Assembly (NCBI GenBank): GCA_016933055.1
Contig: JAFGBS010000004.1
Span: 30,001-62,000, forward strand
Direction: 5' to 3'
From: Promethearchaeota archaeon
GTDB lineage: Archaea > Asgardarchaeota > Lokiarchaeia > Sigyniarchaeales > Promethearchaeaceae
Length of the DNA stretch: 32,000 bases
Made by a program: the position numbers and the translations under genes. Under the pieces are notes generated by a model. The model searched no databases. It saw only the letters and a list, made by a program, of their open reading frames with translations, and was not told where the DNA came from. Positions 17,462 to 25,932 of the stretch are shown here, one piece after another. Each line of letters begins with the position of its first letter. The stretch's first letter is position 1.

Positions 17462-18325
17462 ATGGTAGAGGAAAAGAAACAAACAAATATGGAATCTGAT
17501 ACTCCTACAGAGAAAAGCGCTGAAACAAAAAAATTTTTATTCCATTGTACCCAATGTGGTTGGTGTTGCGAAAATCGAGGACCTATTCCCATTACATTTT
17601 GGGACCTTGAAATGTGGGCAAAGAATGGTGTGTTAGATAACTTCATCCCCTATTTGAAAATTTTCAGGACTGAATCCGGCGGGTTTGATCTTATTCTTGC
17701 ACCCTTGAAGTTTGATCCTTATAAGAAATATGTAGAAAAACAACAAGAATTATTGAAAAAACAATTGGAACAAACAGAACAAAAAGAATCTGAAACAGAA
17801 TCCTCCGAAAAGGAAGAAGAAGAAGAAGAAGAAAACACTACAGAGACGGATAAAGTTGATCAGAAAGAGGGGGATGTTGATGAAAAAAGATGTCCGTTAT
17901 TTAATATGGAAAAACGTGAATGTTTAGTATACCAATTTCGACCATTGAGTTGTAGGACCTATCCCTTAGAATTTGATGGGGAGGGATATAATGTCGTTGA
18001 TGAAGACAATTGCGAAGGAATTGGTCAAGGTCCGATGACTAAAGAAGATCTGAAAGAAATGCGGGAAAATGCTAAACGAACCTATACCGAAATGAAAACG
18101 ATGCAGATTTCTATTCCTGTGCTTTTTAATGTGATCCGACAAGACTCTATATTACGACAACAGATGCAGACGGAATTTTGGTACGAAATGTATCAAGAGC
18201 AGCTAAAGGCAATGGAAAGCATGGATCCTGAAGATAAGAAAAAATTAGACGAAATTCTATCACGAAGTCGGAAAAAAGAAATGGAAGAAGAAGAAGAAGA
18301 AGAAAAAGGAGAGACTTCTTCCTAA
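17462..18325 (+). CDS. YkgJ-family cysteine-cluster (putative Fe-S/Zn) protein with acidic insertions
   Basis: F.CTQCGWCC, RCP, C.VY..RP..CRTYP and C.GIGQG; (GAA)7 poly-Glu tracts at 17813-17833 and 18284-18304. Confidence 0.8.
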   Translation: MVEEKKQTNMESDTPTEKSAETKKFLFHCTQCGWCCENRGPIPITFWDLEMWAKNGVLDNFIPYLKIFRTESGGFDLILAPLKFDPYKKYVEKQQELLKKQLEQTEQKESETESSEKEEEEEEENTTETDKVDQKEGDVDEKRCPLFNMEKRECLVYQFRPLSCRTYPLEFDGEGYNVVDEDNCEGIGQGPMTKEDLKEMRENAKRTYTEMKTMQISIPVLFNVIRQDSILRQQMQTEFWYEMYQEQLKAMESMDPEDKKKLDEILSRSRKKEMEEEEEEEKGETSS

Positions 18326-18336
18326 GAATGAAAAAT

Positions 18337-20181
18337 TTATAACTCGAAGGGAGAGATTGTATCTTTCCCAAATTTTCCCCTCATTTGAAACAATTCCTTA
18401 CGAGAATTTTGTAATGTATTCCAAAATTCCTCCGGAATTTCATGCTCCGTTGAATAAAATTTCTCAATACGTTCTAATTTTTTTAGAAGTTTGCCGATAC
18501 GAAGGGAAAATTGATATGCGTACTGTTCTTTTGTATAAATTCGATTTAACACATCTTGAAATAGGAGTTTTAAATCTTCATAGTGAGGTATGAATCCGAT
18601 TGGGGTTTTTATAGCATCATATTCTTTGTGCACACGGCCTTCTGCCCATAATACCCAGATCTTCTTGTCTACTTTCTCATTACAATAGGTTTCATCTATT
18701 TTTAGAAAATAATTTGTAGCGAAAATTCTTGGAGGGTGTTTTAAGCGTGCTCCAAATTTGTAATGATTTGAGAGATATTCACCCAATGATACCACGAGAA
18801 AATCCAGATTTGCCATGGGGTTAAATTTTGGTACACCAGTTTCTCCTAAAGTGGCAAATGTGGTTTCAGACTCAATGGTAGCCCCAATAAATACTCCATG
18901 TTCCCAAGATAGGCTTTCATGTATTGGTACATTCGTATCTGAATCCCGTCCCCCATAAAAAATACCTTCAACCCGAACGCCATCGGGATTATTTAGATTC
19001 GGATCTATGTTTTGAAGGTCTCGTATGCGTATGGTATATCGTGCATTGGGATGAGAGACAGGTACTATGTTTCCATTTTCATCCCTAATGCCTTTTGTCC
19101 AATCTCCAAAATGATTCCGTCCCGATTCTGGACATGGTATGCCCATACCTTTCCAATAAGGTTTTCCTTCATGTATAAGGACATTAGAGAAAATTAATTC
19201 TCGAGGAGTGACGAGAACATGATGGATGAATGGATCATCCCTAGGATTTACATCTTGAATAATACCAAAAATGCCTGATTCAATATTTACAGCATGTGCA
19301 TATGCCTTTTTATGATCACGGATGTAGACAATATCATCACCTACCACGGTCTGTCCCGGAATCATTGCAGTGGAGGTCTTTCCCGACGCGCTTGGGTAAG
19401 CCCCACAAAAATAAGTGGTACGTTTTTTTTCTGCAGGACGTACACCCATAATAAACATATGTTCGGTCAACCAATCTTGCTTATTTGCTTTATAAATCGC
19501 AAGACGGAGGGCGTGTTTCTTTAATCCAAGACTATTGCCCGCGTATTGGTTATTAACTGATAATACTTTATTTCCTAGCAGATCGATATAGATTCGACGT
19601 TTATCGATATTCTTAGAAACTTTATTTTCTAGTTGACCAGCAGAATGCACAAATAGGAAAAAATTATCACTTCCTTGCAAACGTTTAAATTCCTGAAATC
19701 CATTTCGGTATAATATATCCTCTGAATGGGCGATATAAAAGGAGTCTGTGATTTGCATCGCACATTGAGTAAATCGGGAATTTACGGGGCCTAATGCAAA
19801 GAAACATACTACCATTTCTTTTCCTCGCATAGCACCTTTCATAATATCTAGAACTTCTCGTAATCCTTCATCCCGATCCATTGTATTCAATCGATCACTT
19901 AGTACTACATCTTTATTGATTAGGATTTTTGTATTCTTCACATCTCGTGCTTGATCATAGTATCCATCAAAATGTACGGTGTGGCCTGGAATATCAAGGG
20001 GGATTTCATCGCCCACTTCAATTGCTTTTTCCCGAATATATTTGAAATCTTCTTCTTGATCCGTAATGACTTTAATACTAGAGGGTTGAAGCAATTCTGC
20101 ATAAGTTTCAACTATCGCAACAATATGATCATTTTTTAACTGATTTAATCGCTGTAGAGTATTCCCATCTAGATGAGTCAT
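18337..20181 (-). CDS. pckG: GTP-dependent phosphoenolpyruvate carboxykinase (ATG 20181 preferred; ORF track start 20214)
   Basis: YAGNSLGLKK, WLTEHM, AYPSASGKT (P-loop), VGDDI, E.G.FG, HPNARY, FYGGRDS and NPMAN. Confidence 0.92.
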   Translation of the reverse strand: MTHLDGNTLQRLNQLKNDHIVAIVETYAELLQPSSIKVITDQEEDFKYIREKAIEVGDEIPLDIPGHTVHFDGYYDQARDVKNTKILINKDVVLSDRLNTMDRDEGLREVLDIMKGAMRGKEMVVCFFALGPVNSRFTQCAMQITDSFYIAHSEDILYRNGFQEFKRLQGSDNFFLFVHSAGQLENKVSKNIDKRRIYIDLLGNKVLSVNNQYAGNSLGLKKHALRLAIYKANKQDWLTEHMFIMGVRPAEKKRTTYFCGAYPSASGKTSTAMIPGQTVVGDDIVYIRDHKKAYAHAVNIESGIFGIIQDVNPRDDPFIHHVLVTPRELIFSNVLIHEGKPYWKGMGIPCPESGRNHFGDWTKGIRDENGNIVPVSHPNARYTIRIRDLQNIDPNLNNPDGVRVEGIFYGGRDSDTNVPIHESLSWEHGVFIGATIESETTFATLGETGVPKFNPMANLDFLVVSLGEYLSNHYKFGARLKHPPRIFATNYFLKIDETYCNEKVDKKIWVLWAEGRVHKEYDAIKTPIGFIPHYEDLKLLFQDVLNRIYTKEQYAYQFSLRIGKLLKKLERIEKFYSTEHEIPEEFWNTLQNSRKELFQMRGKFGKDTISPFEL

Positions 20182-20497
20182 TTTTTTCACATTACATTCT
20201 AAGTAGGAATACAAATGATGATTTGATCTTTTAAAATTTTACCAATGAAGGGTAAAAAATCTCAAGAAAATGATGTTTGTATGGGAAAAAAGAGGGAATT
20301 GGCTGCATAAGATAAAATTATGCAGTTATTTTCACAATAACTGATCCTCGCCCTTAAAAATGTACTAAGTGTTTGGAAAAATACCATGATTTTTATAATA
20401 GTGATCCTTATTCGCTAAATTCGAGTATCCATATTATATTAATGGTTTATTGTCACCCACCATATATAAGATTCGCAGGAACGTCTAGTGTGTCAGA

Positions 20498-23400
20498 TTA
20501 ACCGTGCTGAGGGTGTCCACAGTAGGGGCAAACTTGATAGGACCTTGGTATTTTCCTCCCGCAATTCATGCAATATGAATAATCTTCATTTGAATAATCC
20601 ATTGATGTGTCAGAAGAGCCAGAGGAATCCATTAGAGATTTTGATTTCTGTCTTCTTGTTTTCGAAACGAATGCAAAAGCGAGCGCAATTCCAATTATAC
20701 CAAGCACTACGATAATAAGGGGTAAATACTCAAGGAAAGAGGACCAATCGAAAACAATGTCTACATTCATTAAAATTAAATAATCAACGCTTCCTCCATC
20801 AGTGTCCCGAACAGTTATCCATAAGATCGAAAAATACCTCAAATCATCTGAAGATTCTTGAGAAACTTCTAAGGACCCACTAGAACCTGAAAAAGAAAGT
20901 GTTTTTGGTAGTTTGAATTCTCCTTGAAAATCTTGAGTAGCGGACTGGAATGCCAAAATTTCGGTGGGAATAGATTGAGGCAAAATTCTATCAAAAAAAG
21001 AGTCTCCTGATACAGCAGCAGTGTAATATACAATGGCATATAGTTCACTCCTTGAATCTTCGAATCCTACAGATTCTTCAGCCGAAACTGTTATATCGAT
21101 TTTTCCTATATCATTTACTGGAATAATATAATATGATTCTTCGGTCTGGGTATCACTAAAGGCGAAATTATTGAAATATGAATCATCTTCTTGAAATTCC
21201 GGTGCTAAATTTGATATACGAAACACCGATCGAGTAACTTCAAAATTTGTATAATTATCCAAGGACGTAGCAATGGCGAAAAACACAAATAATCCACTTT
21301 GCTCTTCCCCTGTTACACTAAATACATAATCATACGAAATACCAGATGGGGTTAAATTTACTAAGTATTCCTTTCCAGATTTAAGACTATAGATTGATTC
21401 CGTAATTAAGCTTGCCGATAAATCGGTTGTTAAATTGGGTTGATTACCAGTATATTGAATGGTGTTAGAAGATCCTGGAGACCGATTGATCTCACGATTG
21501 GATATAATAGGATCCCCTATTTCAACCAAATAGCTATCATTTATCCGATATAAGGGGTATTCTTTGCTGATTACTCCAGACGGAGATGAAATATTAAGTT
21601 GAATTGTATAGTGACGGTAATCAGTTAATCCCAAAGAAAAGGATAAATTTGAATATACTCCATTTCCATAAGAATCCAGTATTAATGGTGTTTTGGTATT
21701 AATCGGAGAAATTATGGTAGCATTCAATGAATCTCCGTATACCCGATTATTAATAGGTAAGTGCATGATAGAGTCTGTTAGGGAAAGATACATTTCTAAG
21801 GTACCCTCGGTTTGTATAGTTGCGTTGAATTTGGTTGCAATGATATAATCATTTTGTTCCTGTGTGTTCATATACTCGAATAGGTTTAACAAGATTCGAT
21901 TATGGTATAATGAATTCCCATTTTCATATACATCATTCCGTAACCAATGAAAATCCGACCAAACCACAACTTTCCCCCCCGTTTCGGATTCATGGGATGC
22001 AACAATTGTTTTATTTTGATGGGTGGCAATAGATTGTGCATCCTCACCCGTTCCGAGTGTGGCACCGAACCAGTAAGTGAAGTGATCTCCTATAGAAAAA
22101 ATGGATGAACTGGTATCAATTTCCGATATATTATATTTTTTTAAAATATACCCAAATCCAACATCCGTGTAGTCAAAGATGTTTTCTGAATTGATATTTA
22201 TATCCGTATTCAATTGAGTAAGAAGAATGTTAATAGAATTTACTGCAATGGTTTGATATCGTGTTCCAAGAATTAAAATGGACCCCCCTTTATCAAAATA
22301 TGTGTGTAGTGCATCTATTTCCGAATCAGTGTAAGGTATAACCGGGGTTTGTAATACAATAATGTCGAATGTAGACAATAGATCTGGTGTCAACAATCTT
22401 GAAGTTAATTGATCTTGCCTATTAATTGTCCAATTTTCCATTAGATATTCCAATTGATACCCATTTGCATGAAGATCTTTCATAGCCTTATAGATCTCGA
22501 TCTGAGAGTACCCACTCGGCCATTCAGGATAGATGTCATTTAAACCGTGTAACGAATCGAAATACACCTTTCCTATCGGATACATGATATCCACTTGATA
22601 ATCAATTTGTTCTAAAAGGATACCAGTCCCCGAATCATTTAGCCAAATTGATCCGAATTCCATCCCCGAAGTAGCATTTTCTAGAATTTTCATTTCAAAT
22701 TGAACATGTTGTACAGAATGGTTAGCAAAGGTGACGAATGTGGTAATTGGGGTGATTCTTATATCGGTTGAAACCGATGAGGTGATTGTAAGGGATAAAG
22801 AGGAGTTTTTCGCTGAGTAAATTGAAATATTGAATCGTTGGGTATCACCAGGATATGAGATCATGTCAAACGGTTCGTACGGAAGGCGATCTGGAAAGGC
22901 TTGCACAAAGTTATAGGGATCTCCTAATGAGTTTAGCCAATCTATCGAGGCGCTCACATTTATGATACCAGCACCAATTCCATTTGCCCCATACTTATCC
23001 AAATGGGCTTCAGGAAGATATGCTCCGTGATAGAGAGCAGCCCGTACTCCTTCAGGTGTTAAATTTGGATACGCTTCTAAAATAAGCGCAATTGCACCAG
23101 AAACCATGGGTGTTGCCATACTAGTGCCTGAAAGTGTGATATAATCCGAATTTGGTTGTGCGCCGTCAATTTGGCTATTAGTATATCGAATTCGATATCC
23201 TAATAAGGAGTCATGAGCTTCTGGTGCAATTATGTCTTGTCCAGGTGCTAAAATATCGGGGACAATATGGTTCATATAGGAAGGTCCTAACGAGCTAAAA
23301 CTAGTGAGATCTAGGTCACGATTAATTGCACCCACTGAGATAACGGAGGGAATAGTAGCTGGATGAACAGCAGTAAGAAACTGCGGACCATCATTTCCGG

Positions 23401-24457
23401 CAGCTGCAACAGATACTATTCCATTTCTTGCTGCCGCATCAAATATCAGTGAAAAGGGATTGTAGACATCTTGTTGGCGTATGGTACGAAAACTCATACT
23501 TATAATATCTGCATTCTTTTGAGTGATAATCCAATCTATAGCATCCAATAAGTCTGAATCTCGAATTCCGCCGTAATTATTCAAAGTTTTTACGTTTAGA
23601 ATCAATGCACCTGGTGCAACACCTTTATATTTACCCGATGATGATGCTCCCGTCCCCCCTGCGATTCCCGCAACATGTGTACCATGTCCTTCTGTATCTC
23701 CTGTGTCAAAGGGATCCCGAGATCCCTCAAAAGTAGCAAAATTTGCATGGGTAATAGGGACTGATTTGGATGAAAAATCTGCATGATCAGAATATATTCC
23801 AGTATCAAGAATTGCAATTCTGATTCCAGATCCATTGAATGGTACATTGGTGACTCCAATTGCATCCAACCACCAGTTTTCTTCATCTAGTAGATCTGCA
23901 CCCGATGGAGTCTCTTGAAGATGAACGGGTTGTATAGTATCGAGGAAGAATTTATGAAATTCCAGAGAATCTTTTATGGTTTCTTCATAGTGTAGCAATT
24001 CTCCAATGGTTGTTTCGATAAGTGCAACGGCTACATTTTTATATTGTTTCTTCAAACTATAAGTAAACCCTACACGATCTAACGCTTTTTTCTGTCCGTT
24101 ATGACTTATATCATCCGTAAAGACCACCAATATATTTTCCTTTTGATTTTCTTTGATTGTTCCAGCATGAATTTTTTTTAACAAAAATTCCCCATAAATT
24201 GTTGAATATGGCATTAAGATATTAGCACTGGATTCTTCAAGAGAAACTTTTTCATCAATACTATCGTAGATTATATTTTTCGCTAATTGTTGATACGGTG
24301 ATATGCTGAAATTAATGCGGGAATGAGGTATTTCTCCATCTCCGTTAATGATGAAAATCGGGCTAAGAAACAAAAGCAAACCGGATATAGAGATAATTGC
24401 TAAGCGTAATCGTTTGTGAATATTTCTCGACACGATGCTTCTTCCTTTATTTTTCAT
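20498..24457 (-). CDS. Membrane-anchored S8 (subtilisin-like) serine protease: signal/anchor, prodomain, S8 domain, Ig-like region, GATase-like (IFT52/GldG-type) domain, TM helix and cytoplasmic Zn ribbon
   Basis: Catalytic triad in ILDTG, GHGTHVAG and SGTSMATP; oxyanion AAGNDG; hydrophobic N-terminus; TM LPLIIVVLGIIGIALAFAFV; terminal CMNCG...CPYCG. Confidence 0.88.
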   Translation of the reverse strand: MKNKGRSIVSRNIHKRLRLAIISISGLLLFLSPIFIINGDGEIPHSRINFSISPYQQLAKNIIYDSIDEKVSLEESSANILMPYSTIYGEFLLKKIHAGTIKENQKENILVVFTDDISHNGQKKALDRVGFTYSLKKQYKNVAVALIETTIGELLHYEETIKDSLEFHKFFLDTIQPVHLQETPSGADLLDEENWWLDAIGVTNVPFNGSGIRIAILDTGIYSDHADFSSKSVPITHANFATFEGSRDPFDTGDTEGHGTHVAGIAGGTGASSSGKYKGVAPGALILNVKTLNNYGGIRDSDLLDAIDWIITQKNADIISMSFRTIRQQDVYNPFSLIFDAAARNGIVSVAAAGNDGPQFLTAVHPATIPSVISVGAINRDLDLTSFSSLGPSYMNHIVPDILAPGQDIIAPEAHDSLLGYRIRYTNSQIDGAQPNSDYITLSGTSMATPMVSGAIALILEAYPNLTPEGVRAALYHGAYLPEAHLDKYGANGIGAGIINVSASIDWLNSLGDPYNFVQAFPDRLPYEPFDMISYPGDTQRFNISIYSAKNSSLSLTITSSVSTDIRITPITTFVTFANHSVQHVQFEMKILENATSGMEFGSIWLNDSGTGILLEQIDYQVDIMYPIGKVYFDSLHGLNDIYPEWPSGYSQIEIYKAMKDLHANGYQLEYLMENWTINRQDQLTSRLLTPDLLSTFDIIVLQTPVIPYTDSEIDALHTYFDKGGSILILGTRYQTIAVNSINILLTQLNTDININSENIFDYTDVGFGYILKKYNISEIDTSSSIFSIGDHFTYWFGATLGTGEDAQSIATHQNKTIVASHESETGGKVVVWSDFHWLRNDVYENGNSLYHNRILLNLFEYMNTQEQNDYIIATKFNATIQTEGTLEMYLSLTDSIMHLPINNRVYGDSLNATIISPINTKTPLILDSYGNGVYSNLSFSLGLTDYRHYTIQLNISSPSGVISKEYPLYRINDSYLVEIGDPIISNREINRSPGSSNTIQYTGNQPNLTTDLSASLITESIYSLKSGKEYLVNLTPSGISYDYVFSVTGEEQSGLFVFFAIATSLDNYTNFEVTRSVFRISNLAPEFQEDDSYFNNFAFSDTQTEESYYIIPVNDIGKIDITVSAEESVGFEDSRSELYAIVYYTAAVSGDSFFDRILPQSIPTEILAFQSATQDFQGEFKLPKTLSFSGSSGSLEVSQESSDDLRYFSILWITVRDTDGGSVDYLILMNVDIVFDWSSFLEYLPLIIVVLGIIGIALAFAFVSKTRRQKSKSLMDSSGSSDTSMDYSNEDYSYCMNCGRKIPRSYQVCPYCGHPQHG

Positions 24458-24611
24458 TGATCTTATTAAAAATTGCCTTTAGGTCATCATGGAGTGATTC
24501 CTTAAAATATATGACTGATATAAATCCTAAACTTTTGTGTCCTAAAATCTATCAATGTTTGGTAATTGACCAAAAAACTATTTAATTAGGTAGTCAAAAA
24601 ACTAGCTATTT

Positions 24612-24618
24612 AGGAGGT
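24612..24618 (+). promoter_or_regulatory. Shine-Dalgarno sequence AGGAGGT for the 24625 ORF
   Basis: AGGAGGT lies 6 nt upstream of TTG 24625. Confidence 0.7.
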
Positions 24619-24624
24619 TATATT

Positions 24625-25908
24625 TTGGAAGAAATGCGAAAGAAATTAAAAATTACCGACAATACCCTGCAAACCTTGAATGATTTTATTTTAGATCCGG
24701 ATAACAGACTGATAAATGATCTACTACAAGTGGTGCAAGAGTATGGAGGTGCCGATGAGATTAACCAGAGGGCATCTAAAGCTCGGAAAATGGAAAATTT
24801 GATGGAAAAATTAGAAGAAATCAACTCTACCTATGTAAATGATGTTAAATGGCTTCAGAACCAGGAAGAAACTCATCAATTTATTCGGGCTACTGATTTT
24901 CAGAAAAATATTCTCGGAGAAGACTATAGTTCCTCTGATTTTAATGATGATCTTGCTGTCACTCTTGAACTTTCTGCAATTCAATATTTTCCATTCTTTA
25001 TTGATATGACAAAACGCGCTATTAAACATCAAAAGCTTATGCCTGGGCGTGTAATACGTGTTCGAAACATGAAAGAACAAGAAAGGGATGGTGACTTGGT
25101 TGCTATGGCTGCTGCAATGCAAATAATAGGAGCATCCTATGTAGAAACCTTAGACACAAAAGGAACAGCCCCCGGCCCAGATGGATTACCTGTAAACATA
25201 CATTTGGGAGGGGCTGAAACCATAACAGGATATTTTGGAGGGGTGGGTCAACCTAATGATTATGCAATAAAGTGGATTAAAGAATTTCTCTATTATTATA
25301 CCAACTACGGAGTTAAACAGGTTCTAAATGTCAATCCCGGGACAGTGCTATTAGGATATTTTCTCCATAAAATAGGAATCGATAATGAATTCAAAATTTC
25401 TGTGTATATGGGGAATGATAATCCTTATTCTTGTTTGTGGACTTTACTAACCGCAAAATTATTTGCTAGAGAGGACGGGACCACGCCCCTTATTGGATTT
25501 AATTTATCCAATGCTGTGAATAATGAAACCATTGAGTTTGCTGCGCGGATTCGTAACCAGTTTGGATTTAAAGATGTAGTTCGGCTAGAACATCACGTTA
25601 CGGAGACGATTAAAAACATCGTTAGGCAACCTTATGATCGTCGGGATGAATTAATAGAATTGGCTAAAAAGGTAACAAATGTAAGTGCTAAGCATGAAGG
25701 GGGGGATCCTGAAATTGATCGTAGAAGAAAGCATCCCACTGACATTTTAGATTATTTTTTATCTAAGGAGAAAATTCATGAAATGGGAATCTGGGATGAT
25801 TTACGGCAAAATCATTTGGATCGATTAGATGCGATCAATACAACTGCCAAACTCTTGACAGAAAATAAACTGTCTTTTCTGGCTGCAAAAAATTTACATT
25901 ATTATTAA
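24625..25908 (+). CDS. Uncharacterised 427-aa protein, possibly a TIM-barrel enzyme; first gene of an operon with the aldolase-Fae fusion
   Basis: Long ORF with a strong SD and a globular alpha/beta pattern; 24 bp gap to the next gene. Family not recognised. Confidence 0.8.
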   Translation: MEEMRKKLKITDNTLQTLNDFILDPDNRLINDLLQVVQEYGGADEINQRASKARKMENLMEKLEEINSTYVNDVKWLQNQEETHQFIRATDFQKNILGEDYSSSDFNDDLAVTLELSAIQYFPFFIDMTKRAIKHQKLMPGRVIRVRNMKEQERDGDLVAMAAAMQIIGASYVETLDTKGTAPGPDGLPVNIHLGGAETITGYFGGVGQPNDYAIKWIKEFLYYYTNYGVKQVLNVNPGTVLLGYFLHKIGIDNEFKISVYMGNDNPYSCLWTLLTAKLFAREDGTTPLIGFNLSNAVNNETIEFAARIRNQFGFKDVVRLEHHVTETIKNIVRQPYDRRDELIELAKKVTNVSAKHEGGDPEIDRRRKHPTDILDYFLSKEKIHEMGIWDDLRQNHLDRLDAINTTAKLLTENKLSFLAAKNLHYY

Positions 25909-25932
25909 TACTAAATAGAGTAAAGAGGAAAA

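Noticed and set aside
17813-18304. (GAA)7 tracts as a repeat array or CRISPR
   Set aside because: They are in-frame poly-Glu codons with no spacer structure; no CRISPR-like repeats were found anywhere in the window.
19375-19410. PEPCK P-loop Cys replaced by Ser (AYPSASGKT)
   Set aside because: That Cys is not catalytically essential; a minor variant.
20216-20344. Possible C/D box sRNA (ATGATGA at 20216, CTGA at 20341)
   Set aside because: The roughly 130-nt span is too long for an archaeal C/D sRNA, and no clear internal C'/D' boxes were seen.
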